From positions 106,605,811 through 106,669,810 of the forward strand of contig NC_052162.1 of NCBI RefSeq assembly GCF_902713615.1: 64,000 nt of DNA. Reading direction: 5' to 3'. Source of the DNA: Scyliorhinus canicula (taxonomy: Eukaryota). This document shows positions 22,258 to 35,470 of the stretch, in pieces; the stretch's first letter is position 1; each line of letters begins with the position of its first letter. The position numbers and the translations under genes were made by a program. Under the pieces are notes generated by a model that was given only the letters and a program-made list of their open reading frames with translations, searched no databases and was not told the origin of the DNA.

Positions 22258-25200
22258 CAAAGGAGCAGAATTAGACTTCCCGGCCCATTGAGTCCGCTCC
22301 GGCATTCAATCATGGCTGAGCCTCCATGCCTTCTGCAGCGAAGAGTTCCATAGATTCACCACCCTATGGCTGAAGAAATTCCACCTCATCTGTTTTAAAG
22401 GATTGTCCCTTTATTCTGCGATCGTGCCCTCTGGTTCTATTTTTTTCTACTAGTGGAAACATCCTCTCCATGTCCACTCGTTCCAGGCCTCACAGTTTCA
22501 ATACAATCCCACCCCATCCATCGAAACTCCAACACGTACAGACCCAGAGTCTTCAACCATTCCTCATACGAACCTCCTCTGGCTCCTTTCCAAGGCCAGC
22601 ACATCCTTCCTTAAATACGGGGCCCAAAACTGCTCACAATACTCCAAATGTGGTCTGACCAGAGCCTTATACAGTCTTAGAAGCACATCCCTGCTCTTGT
22701 ATTATGGCCCTCTCAACATGAATGCTAACATTGCATTTGTATTCCAAACTGCTGACTGAACCTGCACATTAACCATTAGAGAATCTTGAACAAGGACTCC
22801 CAAGTCCCTTTGTGCTTCTGATTTCCTAAGCATTTCCCCATTTAGAAAATAGTATACACGGTAGCATTGTGGATAGCACAATTGCTTCACAGCTCCAGGG
22901 TCCCAGGTTCCATTCCGGCTTGGGTCACTGTCTGTGCAGAGTCTGCACATCCTCCCCGTGTGTGCGTGGGTTTCCTCCGGGAGTCCAAAGATGTGCAGGT
23001 TAGGTGGATTGGCCATGACAAATTGCCCTTGGTGTCCAAAATTGCCCTTAGTGTTGGGTGGGGTTACTGGGTTATAGGGATGGGGTGGTGGTGTTGACCT
23101 TGGGTAGGGTGCTCTTTCCAAGAGCCGGTGCAGACTCGATGGGCCGAATGGCCTCCTTCTGCACTGTAAATTCTGTAAATTTCTCCTTCCAAAGTGCATA
23201 ACCTCAAACTTTTCCATGTTGTACTCCATCTGCCACTTCTTTGCCCACTCTCCTCTCCTGTCCAAATTGTTGTGCAGCTCCCTGCTTCCTCAATACTACC
23301 TGTCCATCCACATATCTTTGTATCATCTGCAAACGTAGCAACAGTGCCCTCAGTTCCTTCTTCCAAATCGTTAATGTATATTGTGAAATGTGGTCCCAGC
23401 ACCGACCACTGAGGCACACCACTAGTCACGGGCTGCCATCCTGAAAAAGACTCCTTTACCCCCCCCCCCCCCTCTCTGCTTTCTGCCAGTCAGTCAATCC
23501 TCTATCCATACCAGGATCTTACCCTTAACACTGGTTAACACAGAGGGCTAAACAGCTGGCTTGTAAAGTAGAACAATGCCAGCAGCGAGGGTTCAATTCC
23601 TGTACCGGCCTCCCTGAACACGCGCCGGAATGTGGCGACTAGGGGCTTTTCACAGTAACGTAATTGAAGCCTACTTGTGACAATAAGCGATTGTTATTAT
23701 TAACACCATGGGCTCTTAACATATTTAACAGTCTCCTATGCGGCACCTTGTCAAAGGCCTTCTGGAAATCTAAATAAATCATGTCCACTGGTTCTCCTTT
23801 GTCTAACTTCTTTGTTACTTCCTCAAAGAACAGATTTGTCAGCCATGACCACCCCTTGACGAAGCCGTGCTGACTCAGTCCTATTTTATCATGCACTTCC
23901 AAGTACTCTGCGATCTCATCTTTAATAATGGACTCTAAAATTTTTAACCAATGACTGAAGTCAGGCTAACCGGCGTATAATTTCCCATCTTCTGCCTCCC
24001 TCCCTTCTTAAACAGTTGTGTTACATTAGCCACTTTCCAGATCTCTGGGACCCTCCCTGCCACCAGCGATTCCTGAAAGATCACGACCAATGCCTCCACA
24101 TTCTCCTCAGCTATCTCTTTTAGAACCCTGTGGTATAGTACATCCGATACAGGTGATTTATCCACCTTCAGGCCTTTCAGTTTCCCCAGAACCTTCTCCT
24201 TAGTGATGGCCACTGCACCCGCCTGAGCCCCCTGAATTTCCTACAGCTCTGGCATCCCACTGGTGTCTTCCACCGTAAAGACTGGTGCAAAGTAACTATT
24301 CAGTTCCTCTGTCATTTCTGTGTTTCTTATTATTACTTCACCAGCCTCACTTTCCAGTGGTGCAATGTCTATTTTTGCCTCTCTCTTACCTTTTATACAT
24401 TGAAAAAAACTCTTGCTATCTTCTTTTATATTACTAACTAGCTTTCACTCATATTTCTTTTTCTCCCCCCTTATTGCTTTGTTAGTTGTCTCTGCTCGCT
24501 TTTAAAGGTTTCCTAAACCTCTGACTTCCCCTTAAACCTCGCCACTTTTATGCTTTTTCTTTTGCTTTTATGCTGTCCTTGACTTCCCTCGCCAGCCATT
24601 GATTCCTCGTCCTCCCCTTATCATGTTTCCTCCACCTTTGGATGAATTTCTGTTGTGTCCCAGAATAACCTCCAAACACCCCTGCCGTTGCTGTTCCACA
24701 GTCTTCCCTGCTAGTCTCCCTTTCCAATCAACTCTGGCCAGCTCCTCCCTCATGTCTTTGTAGTTACCCTTATTTAATTGTAATACTGTTACATCTGATT
24801 CCAGCTTCTCCGTCTCAAACTCCAGGGTAAATCTTATCATATTGTGGTCACTGCTTCCTCATGGTTCCTTCATCTTAAGTTCCTGAATCAAGTCTGCCTC
24901 GTTACACATCACCAAATCCAGAATTGCCTTTTCCCTAGTGGGCTCGCTGCTCCAAAAAAAAATCTTAAGACATTCCACAAATCCTTTCCTTGGGATCCAC
25001 TGCCAACCTGATATTCCCAATTCACCTGCATATTGAAGGCCTCCATAATCATTGTAATATTGCCTTTTTTATATGCTTTTTCTGTCTCCTGATTTATTTT
25101 CTGCCCCACATCCTGACTACTGCTAGGGGGCCCGTACACAAGTCCCATCAGGGTCTTTTTATCTGATTCCTCAACTCTACCCACAGAGATTCTATGCCTT

Positions 25201-25412
25201 CTGATTCTATACTGCTTCTTGCTATCGATTTAACTTCATTCCTTATTATCAATGTAACCCCGCCCCCTTTGACCATCTACCTGCCCTTTCGATAGGACAC
25301 ATATCTTTGGATATTTAGATCCCAGTCCTGATCCCCTTGCAGCCACCTCTCTGTGATGCCCACAACATTGTACCGGTCAATTTCAATGTGCACAACAAGT
25401 TAATTTACCTTG
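22258..25412 (-). mobile_element. CR1-clade LINE with nested SINEs (22856-23180, 23531-23701)
   Basis: [31 protein letters not shown] and KVDKSP motifs. Confidence 0.9.
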
Positions 25413-26005
25413 TTCCGTATACTGCACACAGTATTGGGAATTATGTTTTCACAGTGTGATTTTACAGTTCAGACTTTGACCTCTAATCCTTCTGACAATG
25501 GGTTCCACATTCTCATACAAAGAACAGAGAAAAGTGTACACTGTAAATCTGAAATAAAAACAGAATGTTCTGGAATTCTAACCAGCCTGTTAGCGTCTAC
25601 GGTGAGAGGTAGATCTAGTTTTCATTTAAATTCTGTGACTTTTCAGCAATGAGTCAGTGCACAGAATGTAAATTCAACTTTGGTTTTCAATCCACAGATA
25701 TTCACAGACATGCTGATAATTTCCAGCCTTTCTGGGTAAAAACATTGCTTCTGAGCTGGACATTAAATTTAATTTCAGTTAACTTTATACTTATTTTTAT
25801 CTATCTGCAAAGAGGAAACATATTCCAAACCGTTTTATAATCTGATCATGTCACCCTTCACTCTCCTTTCTACGGAATGCCATTTGAACTTGTTCAGTCT
25901 TTATTGAATTATATAACTTTATACAGTTCTGGCATCATTCCATTATTCTTGTTCCCTTAGCAGTTCTTGCAAATATATTTTATAATATGGATACTGAGTT
26001 AATCT

Positions 26006-26409
26006 GTAAGAAGTCTTACAACAAGAGGTTCACGTCCAACAGGTTTGTTTCAAACACGGGATCTTGGATTCATGTCGCATTACATTCACCCCCCCACCAT
26101 CTGGCCTGGACTTGCAAAATCCTACCAAATGTCCTGGTTTGAGACAATTCATACCTCTTTAACCTGGGATTACGCCTATCTCTGGATCTGTAATGATTTG
26201 ATTACCCACAAATGTTCGCAGTCTAAGCATTGTCTGGCATCTCTGACTTTGTCTTTATAAATGTTTCTGGAACATACCTCTCCATTCACTCGAGGAAGGA
26301 GCAGTGCTCCGAAAGCTCGTGTTTGAAACAAACCTGTTGGACTTTATCCTGGTGTTGTAAGACTTCTTACTGTGCTCACCCCAGTCCAACGCCGGCATCT
26401 CCACATCAG
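26006..26409 (+). mobile_element. 5'-truncated Penelope-like retroelement with inverted terminal fragment
   Basis: RDLGFMSHY resembles the C-terminus of Penelope GIY-YIG endonucleases; followed by 3' UTR/terminal repeat and preceded by an inverted copy of the repeat end (26006-26057). Confidence 0.8.
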
Positions 26410-27082
26410 AGTTAATCTGAGCGTGAAAGTCATCATTGCCCACAAATGCCAATATATTAGAAGGATCAGTATTTCATGGGAGGAGAGGAACTTTCCTTCA
26501 TGAGCCATTTTCCCATCAGCTAAACTTAAGGTAAACTGGGTGAACACTGAAAACGGTTGAAAGTTGGTGTGACTTTTATTTGTGACTCACTCTCACATAT
26601 TGTGTCGATGCTACTTGGAGGTTAGTGAATCGGATATCATCTACCTGCATTTTCTTGAGCCTGTGCCCGGCATTTGACAATGTTTGACCTGGGTTAGAGA
26701 ATCTTGTGACCCAGTCCCTTACTTACTGATTGAAGCTACAGTCATTGCTTTCTGCTGGCAGTGGGTGTTTGCAGAGTGCGGGGCTAGAATATTGCTGCTT
26801 TTTAAAATTTCCCTGTCTCACTCACTTTGGAGCTGAGGAAAAGATTATAATTGTCTTTTTAATTCAACAACTTCATAACTTTCTAATGAGTTTGGTGGGT
26901 CAAACCATTTTCTCCTTATATTTCAAATAAATATTAATCTTGTTAAAGTTGAGCGTGTGTGTGGAAACTCACTGGGTAACAACAGAGTTTTAAACTTTGG
27001 GTGATATTTTATAGCAGATAAAAGTACCCAATGATACCCAGAACTGTGTTTCTAATTCTACTTCTGTGACTCTGAGCAGTAT

Positions 27083-27930
27083 TGTTGGTTCAGGGGCTTG
27101 AATGGAACTTGGCATATTTAAATCATCATCGTTCATTGAACAATAGGCCGCACATACAAACCCCAAAGTCTTCGGTCCTTGGCTGCCTAATGACTATATT
27201 CACCAGGATGGTAAATTTGAATACAAATTCATTTTATTAATAATGTTAACAATAATTAAATATGCAGCAAATACAACTGGTTTCCTAACTCCTCCTCTTT
27301 AATTCGCCCCACCCTCTACACACACACATACACACAAGACAAAAAAAACAGAGGGAAAAGAGGAGTGTACTAAAAATGATGAAAGTAAAAGGATAAGAAT
27401 CTCTGTTTCAGACGGTTGTCTTCTACCACACCTTCCTTCAGTCCAGGATTTCAGTTTGAGGTTTCTGCTTTCAGTCTGTTGTGGTTTTTACTGTAGATTC
27501 ATCAAGATTTTCTGCGGGTTCAGAAATACAGCAGCTATGCAGGTTTTTGGAGAAAGAGAGAGACAGTGATAGAGACAGCTTCTTCTCGGCGTGTGCAGGA
27601 CCTGACTGTCCTTTCAATGGTTCTCTGAAAACCATGCCACGTGGGTAGGACCTGGTCACTACTAGTTGCTGAGCAGAATACGGCCTTTTTGGCAAATTCA
27701 TTGGTACAAAACAACCAATCGAACAAAGTTTCTCCAATCTCTCGGGTGCCAGAATGTCTGAGGTCGGCTGTTCAAAAGCTAGCATTGTGTACTATTTAGT
27801 AACTTTTAAGTACCTCACTTGCTCTGCTTGACTGAAAGGTATACGTCCAATAAACATCCATGGAGCAAAGATTATAACGACAAAATAAAATAAATTGGCA
27901 ATAAGGGAATCAACAGGTAGGGCCCTCACA
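27083..27930 (-). mobile_element. Possible solo LTR
   Basis: TG...CA ends and LTR-like composition; no matching TSD found. Confidence 0.4.
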
Positions 27931-28453
27931 AAAGTGTAGAGGTTAATCGATTCAAAATGCTCACGTATTCAATGTGTTCCTGTCAGTCATCAATAATATA
28001 ATTCATATTTTCCACTTCTGACCTGCACATTCTTCCAAACATTGCAATCCATTTTCTGGAGCTGTTTCTGGATTTAACGTTGTAGATTCCTATTAAATTT
28101 GCTGCCTTTACTTTAAATAGACCATATTACTCTGAGTCAGTATGTGAGACGGTAGATAAATATGTTAAGCTGCTTCAATAAACCCATTCATTTCTATTAC
28201 AGACTGTAAGAAATACTAACATGTCTGCCCAGTGACAGTCAACTTTAATCACTTTACTTACTCAGTACATCATGAATTTCTACCGCTTCTCATTTTGCTG
28301 ATGGTATTTTAAGAGTTTGGTTGAAAGGACATGAAGAAACTGCTGCAGTTACCAAATATAATGTAATTTTAGTCCCTTTCAGACAAAAGAAATGTTCCTT
28401 AGGAACAAGTTGCCACAAGGATCAGCTGAAGAACATTGCCCCATAAACATGGT

Positions 28454-28798
28454 GGGCAGCACGGTAGCATGGTGGTTAGCATAAATGCTTCACAGCTCCA
28501 GGGTCCCAGGTTCGGTTCCCGGCTGGGTCACTGTCTGTGCGGAGTCTGAACGTCCTCCCCGTGTGTGCGTGGGTTTCCTCCGGGTGCTCCGGTTTCCTCC
28601 CACAGTCCAAAGATGTGCGGGTTAAGTGGATTGGCAATGCTAAATTGCCCATAGTGTCCTAAAAGTAAGGTTAAGGGGGGGGGGGGGGGGGGGTTGTTGG
28701 GTATAGGGTGGATACGTGGGTTTGAGTAGGGTGATCATTGCTCGGCACAACATCGAGGGCCGAAGGGCCTGTTCTGTGCTGTACTGTTCTATGTTCTA
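28454..28798 (+). mobile_element. HE1-like V-SINE, full length
   Basis: Head, V-domain and (TGTTCTA)n tail; TSD ATAAACAT. Confidence 0.9.
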
Positions 28799-28804
28799 TA
28801 AACA

Positions 28805-29250
28805 TAGCGGCCGCGCACACGCAATACTGCACATTGCCACTCACAATGATGGTGCTCATGCATGCGTCCGGATGCACATTGTCCGTTGGAACATGGCGAC
28901 CGCGAATTTGGGTCTGTAACTGCGAAATGATCCGCCCCCGCTTCGTGCAAACGGGGAACAGGGACGTTATTTTCTGGGGTTTACGGTTTGCACAACATGT
29001 TTAGGAAGCTTGTCCGCCCACTCGCCGGACTCATTACTCCCTCCGTCCCGCCAATTTGTCCACTTACTGGTTCAGCATCAAATCAGTGGCTCTTCATTAT
29101 TCACAGTGCGCATGCACCCCTGCCATCCCGACCCCTGATTCACTCCAATTGTTTGGAGGACCAGCTGCTTCCACTCGGTCCTCCAGTCCCGCCCTTCTCT
29201 TCCTATTGGTCCAAAGCTGCCGTCAATCAGCTGGGCATTGTGACGGTTTC
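28805..29250. promoter_or_regulatory. CpG-rich ZNF-type promoter module
   Basis: AACATGGCGACC (YY1-like), TGCGCATGCA, CCAAT boxes, AGCTGCCGTCAATCA; homologous to 55500-55660 and 60020-60130. Confidence 0.6.
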
Positions 29251-29276
29251 AGACTCAGCTTGACTTGCTGATTATT

Positions 29277-29372
29277 ATAAGAAGTTTTACAACACTAGAT
29301 TAAAGTCCAACAGGTTTGTTTCAAACACTAGCTTTCGGAGCGCAGCTCCTTCCTCAGGTGAATCGGACCTCA
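29277..29372 (-). mobile_element. Penelope-like terminal fragment with intact minimal hammerhead motif (29326-29360)
   Basis: Minus strand CAC CTGAGGA A GGAGC TGC GCTCC GAA AGCT A GTG; 10-bp TSD GCTGATTATT; empty site seen at ~34337. Confidence 0.8.
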
Positions 29373-29777
29373 GCTGATTATTGGCAGCATTTTCTGTTTG
29401 GGAGTTGCAGCTCCAGTCCCTCCTCGTTCTGCTTTTCAAGCGGTTGGGCTTGATGCAAGGTTCTGCTGATCTTCGAGTTGCCTGCTGCCTGTCCCAGTGT
29501 GTGTTTACTGTCTTGAGATGGAAGGCAGGAGGGGCCGATGAATCCGGGAACACTGACCTAAAAACAAAGTACTGCTGCTGCAACTCCCATTTTGAAGCGG
29601 AATATGTTGGAACTACTCAGAAGGTGTGAGTTGCTCGCTGCTACATTCTTTGTTCCCGTGACTTGGACTTTGGACTGGGAGCTGTCAGATAACCTGATGC
29701 CGGGATTGTGGGAGGGGAGGGGCGGCGGTCTGATTCAAATATGCACCTCAGAGGTCGTATCAGGAAACCTTGTGAAT

Positions 29778-32583
29778 GAGAGGAGGTGCTGGATCATCCG
29801 GAATTTACTAACTGTTACTGGGCGGCGAATATATCGATGGTCAGGAAGTGGGTAGTGGGGGAGGGGTTGGTGTGGGAGCAGGTGGAGGTGGCATCCTGTA
29901 AGGGCACGGGTTTGAGGGCATTGTTAACGGCTCCTCTGCCATTCTCGCCGGGTCGGTACACCACAAGCCCTGTGGTGGTGGCAGCCTTGAGGGTATGGGG
30001 ACAGTGGCAGCAGCACATGGGTTTGGAGGGGGTGTCGGTGTGGGCTCTGATACGCGATAACCATTGGTTCGCTCGGGGGGGGGGGGGGGGGGGTTGCTGG
30101 ATGGGGGCTTTCGCAGGTGGCAGTGGACAGGGATCGAGAAATTTGGGGATCGCTTTCTTTATGAGGGTTTTCTGAGTTTGGAGGATCTGGAAGAGTTTGA
30201 GTTGCCAGGTGGCAATTGGATTGGAGTTGTTTATTGTCAGTTGTACCGAGGTACAGTGAAAAGTATTTTTCTGCGAGCAGCTCATCAGATCATTCAGTAC
30301 ATGGGAAGAAAAGGGAATAAAATAAAATACATAATAGGGCAACACAAGGTATACAATGTAACTACATAAGCACCGGCATTGGATGAAGCATACAAGGTGT
30401 AGTATTAACGAGGTCAGTCCATAAGAGGGTGATTTAGGAGTCTGGTAAGAGTAGGGAACAAGCTGTTTTTGAGTCTGTTCGTGCGTGTTCTCAGACTTCT
30501 GTGTCTCTTGCCCGATGGAAGAAGTTGGAAGAGTGAGTAAACTGGATGGGAGGGGTCTTTGATTATGCTGCCCACTTTCCCCAGGCAGCGGGACGTGTAG
30601 ATGGAGTCAATGGATGGGAAGCAGGTTTGTGTGATGGACTTTCTGAAGTTTCTTGCAGTCCTGGGCCGAGCAGTTGCCATACCAGGCTGTGATGCAGCCA
30701 GATAGGATGCTTTCTATGGTGCATCTGTAAAGGTTGGTACGGGTTAACGTGGACATGCCAAATTTCCTTAGTTTCCTGAGGAAGTATAGGCACTGTTGTG
30801 CTTTCTTGGTGGTAGCGTCGACGTGGGTGGACCAGGACAGATTTTTGGAGATGTGCACCCCTAGGAATTTGAAACTGCTAACCCTCTTCACCTCGGCCCC
30901 ATTGGTGCTGACAGGGTTATAGTACATTGTACATTGTACAGTGTATAGTACATTGCTTCCTGAAGTCAATGACGAGCTCTTTAGTTTTGCTGGCATTGAG
31001 GGAGAGATTGTCGTCGCTGCACCACTCCACTATGTTCTCAATCTCGCTCTGTATTGTGACTCGTCGTTATTCGAGACACGGCCCACTATGGTCGTATCGT
31101 CAGCAAACTTGTAGATGGAGTTGGAACCAAATTTTGCCACTATAGGTTCCGTACCAACAAGTGAAGAATTTTGAATGGAGGCAAGTCTCGAGCTTACCTC
31201 GCCTCCCGCAAAGGGGGTTACAGGATAAGGCGATGTCAGGAACAGGAATTGAGGGGAAAGTCTCAGAGATGTATAAGGAGCTGATGGAGTGGGAGGGAGC
31301 CCTAATAGAGGAAGTGAAGAGAAAGTGTGAAGATGAGTTGGATAGGGAGTTGGAGACTGGGTTATGGAAGAGGCCCTGTGGAGAGTTAACGCATCCTCGT
31401 CATGTGCCAGGCTCAGCCTGATCCAATCCAAGGCGGTCCACAGGGCATACATAACTGTGGCCCGGATGAGCAGGTTCTTTGAAGAGGTGGAGGACAGTTG
31501 TGGGCGATTGGAGTGGGGAGGGTGGAAGTCCTGCGAATCTTGTACACGTGTTCTGGGCTTGTCCGAGGCTGAGGGGCTTTTGGGAGGGATTTGCGGAAGT
31601 CATGTCAGAGGTCATAGATTTAATAGAATTTACAGTGCAGAAGGAGGTCATTCGGCCCATCGAGTCTGCATCGGCTCTTGGAAAGAGCACCCGACCTCCA
31701 CCCTATCCCCATAACCCAGTAACCCCACCTAACACCTAAGGGCAATTTGGACATTAAGGGCAATTTAGAATGGCCAATCCACCTAACCTGCACATCATTG
31801 GACTGAGGGAGGGAACCGGAGCACCCGGAGGAAACCCACGCTCGCGCGGGAAGAACATGCAGACTCCACACAGACAGTGACCCAAGCCGGGAATCGAACC
31901 TGGGACCCTGGAGCTGTGAAGCATCTGTGCTAACCACTATGCTACTGTGCTGCCCCAAGGTCCTGCAAGGGAGGGTGGCTCCCAGTCCAGAGTTGGCTAT
32001 ATGAAATGAAAAATGAAATGAAAATCGCTTATTGTCACGAGTAGGCTTCAATGAAGTTACTGTGAAAAGCCCCTAGTCGCCACATTCCGGCGCCTGGTAC
32101 GGGAATCGAACCGTGCTGCTGGCCTGCTTGGTCTGCTTTAAAAGCCAGCAATTTAGCTCAGTGAGCTTAACCAGTTTGGAGTGTCAGAAGATCCAGGAGG
32201 CCCAAGTCTGGAGTTTGGGTTAGTGTCATCACGGGGGGTTTCTCAGGCTTGAGAAAATTAAATTCGCCTTGATGGGTTTGTTACAGGGGTTCGCTCGAGG
32301 TGGCAGCCGTTCATTGACTTCTTTGAGAAAAATTAGACTGTCAGCCGCAGAGAGAAGAGGTGTGGGGAAAGGGGAGGCATAGAAGTGACGAATAAGGGTA
32401 GGAAAACCAATGGCGGGAGGTCCGGGAAGGGCTGGAGGTGTGTTTATTTATAAGCCATGTTGGTTGCGGTTTGTGTTCATGGGGGATGATGGTTATTTTG
32501 TTGTGAGTTCTGTCTCTGTTGGTTGTTGTTATTGTAAAGTGTTAAAATTATGAATGCCTCAATAAAATATTTTCTAAAAATAA
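29778..32583 (+). mobile_element. L1/Tx1-like LINE interrupted by Rex1 and SINEs (31612-31955, 32001-32175)
   Basis: ORF2 C-terminal fragments; AATAAA tail; TSD AGGAxxCCTTGTGAAT (29762-29777, 32584-32599). Confidence 0.85.
30216..31140 (-). mobile_element. Rex1/Babar LINE 3' fragment
   Basis: YKFADDTTIVG, FKFLGVHIS.NLSWS and YRCTIESILSGCITAWYG motifs; (TCCAA)n tail. Confidence 0.88.
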
Positions 32584-33770
32584 AGGATTCCTTGTGAATT
32601 ACTGGTGACCTGTGTTTGTGGCTATGTACTGCTCCAGGTTTGGGAGCCATGTGAATTGTTGATGTTTTATTGTTACTTGATTATATTGAATGTTTGGTAG
32701 TTGTATGGGGTCTGAGTATGAGGATCCGGATACGAGGACACACTGAGTGCTGGGCATACCGAGCGTGAGGGACTGTTTTAACATTAGCTGGAGGGCAGAC
32801 CGAATACTATTTACATGTATTGGTTTACTATGTAATTGTTTTCTTCGTGTCACTACAATGTTGTGTTTTCTGTTGATACAGGTATTTTGTAGTATATCGG
32901 TGCCTGTGTGTATAGCACGGTGCTGTTTTCTATGGATTTGTGGTCCTTGTGATATGAGGACGGTTCATGAACCAGGTTTGGTCTGTCCCCTTGTAGAGGT
33001 GAAATGTTAGTGACTTTTGCCTGTTTACTGTTTCATGTTGTTGTTTTGTGCTTTGTTTTTGTGTACAAAGGAACTGTTAGTAAATTAAAATATGCTCAGC
33101 CTGACTTACTGAAAATTTGCAACATTTTCAGTTTCAAGCTTGGAACATCTAGACCCTTCTCATCCTGTTTGGACTGTTTTCTAGCTTTTGGGCTTGGTAT
33201 GAGGTTCTGCTGCTCTTCTGGCTGTCTGCTGCCTCTTCCAACATGTGTTTACTGCTTTATCTGCCTGACTGTGTAGGGACGGAGGGAATGAAGGATGGAA
33301 AAACGGAACGAGCCGATAAGTCAGGGAACACGATCTACTGTGACCCAAAAGATGCTGTGACTCACATTTCAAAGTGTAACATGTTGGCAATACTCAGTGG
33401 GTGGATTGTTTCCAGCTGTCTCCTTTTGTTCCTGTGGTTCGGACTTTGGGCAGGGAGGTGTTAAGTGACAGATGCCGGTGCTGCAGGAACGGAGGGCCAG
33501 CGGCCCGTTTTAACTGTGCAAACCGGAGGTCATATCAGGATACCTTGTGACATGTTGATGACCAAGGTCATGTGCTGATCCCGGTCGGTTGGGAGCTGTG
33601 TGAATTGTTGTTGTTGTTTTACTATTGATTGGTTGTATGGGCATACTGAGTGCGGGGGCACTGTTTTAACATCAAGTGGAGGGCACCCGAGTACATACCA
33701 TGTGTGAGGGAATACTGAGTGGAACAACATCTCGCTGAGTGCGATGGCATGCCAAGTGTGAGGAAAAACA

Positions 33771-33996
33771 TTAAAAAATAAATAAATTTAGAATACCAAT
33801 TAATTGTTTCCAATTAAGGGGCAATTTAGCATGGCCAATCCACCTAGCCTGCACATCTTTTGGGTTGTGGGGGCGGACCCCACAAACACAGGGAGAATGT
33901 GCAAACTCCACACGGACAGTGACCCAGAGCCGGATCGAACCTGGGACCTCGGCGCCGTGAGGCGACAGGGCTAACCCACCGCCACCATGCTGCCCC
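33771..33996 (-). mobile_element. Short V-SINE variant
   Basis: TSD AGGAAAAACAT. Confidence 0.85.
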
Positions 33997-34689
33997 AGGA
34001 AAAACATCTTGCTGAGTGTGAGGACCCTTTTTATTATATATTTGTTTACAATGTATTTGTTTTCTTCATGTAACTACAATGTTGTGTTTTCCATTGATAC
34101 AGATTCTGTAATGTATTGTTGCCTGTGTGTATAGCACGGTGCCGTTTCCTTATGGATTCATGGTCCTTGTAATATGAGGATAGTTCATGGACCAGGTTTG
34201 GTCTGGCTCCTTGTAAAGGTGAAATGCTGGTGATTTCACTTTTTCTTGCCTGTTACTGTTTCGTGTTGTTGTTGTTTTGTACTTTGTAATTTATGCAAAG
34301 GAATTGTTAATAAATTTAAATATGCTTAGCTTGACTTGCTGATTATTGGCGGCATTTTTTGTTTTGGAATTAGAGCTAGAGTTGGATGGTCAGTTCCCTT
34401 GAGTCTGGGGTGGGGGGATTCACACTCATTTTCCTAATGCACCAATTATCACCTTTACATGAGAAAGTCCCCACTTCAATCCTGTCTGGAAATTCTGTGT
34501 TTCAAATTTTTGCTGAGGAGGAATTAACAGTGAGTTTTGTTTCATGTTGAAGAGGGAGACAGTTGTTGTCTCTTTCTTTAAAAACTCCTTCTCATCTTTA
34601 AACAGGGGAACATAAATCAGAGAAAACTGATTGACTGTGACCCAAAAATGCGATCCTGATGGATGCTGCCAAGCCCACCTCAAAACAGA

Positions 34690-35470
34690 ACATGTTGGAA
34701 ACCCTCAGCAGGTTAAACAGCTTCTATAGTGAGGAAAACAGAGTGAATGATTCATCTAACCCAGTCTGATCCCTCTGTCCCAGGCTTGCTGCACTGTTAC
34801 AATGCCCCCTGTTCAACATGAAACAAAACTCACTGTTAATTCCTCCTCAGCAACAATTTGAAACAGGTCGCTGACCTTTTATCCAAACTGGAAGAATTTA
34901 GAGATTTTATAGTTTACAAACAAGAACAGTCAGAAAAAAGAGAGGGGAAGAGGAGGAAAGAACAAACTTGTCTTGTGATGGGATGGAAGTCTGGAGTGAT
35001 TAAATGACAAAGGGGATAATGTTGCAATGCAACATTGTGTGATAATAAGACAAGTAAATAAACAAATGGGACAAGTGAGGAAATGAGACAGATCCAGCAG
35101 AAACATCACCAGTATCAACTCTGAAAGGATTGGGAGGCGGGTGTTGTGATCTGAAATTGGTGAAATGAATATCGAGGTCGAAAGGTTCTTAATTGACTGA
35201 TGAGCTGCTGTTTCTATATTTCCATCAAGCTGCATTGTAACAGTGCAGCAAGCCTGGGACAGGGGGATCAGACTGGGTTTGATGTGGAGAATTAGACTGG
35301 TCAATGATTGGAAGTTCAGGATCACACTTGCAAACTGCATGGTGAAATTCATTAAGTCATCCAATCAGGATCTTGTCTCCTCAGTGTCTTTACACAATAC
35401 TGAATTGCAAGAAGTACAAGTTAACCACAGTGCCACCTGGAAAATTTGTTTGCGGTCCTGGAATGTGGGG
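34690..35470 (-). mobile_element. Old Penelope-like element 3' end (second family)
   Basis: Degenerate endonuclease C-terminus (QQLISQLRT..IHFTNFR) followed by a terminal repeat similar to 54750-54849. Confidence 0.55.
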
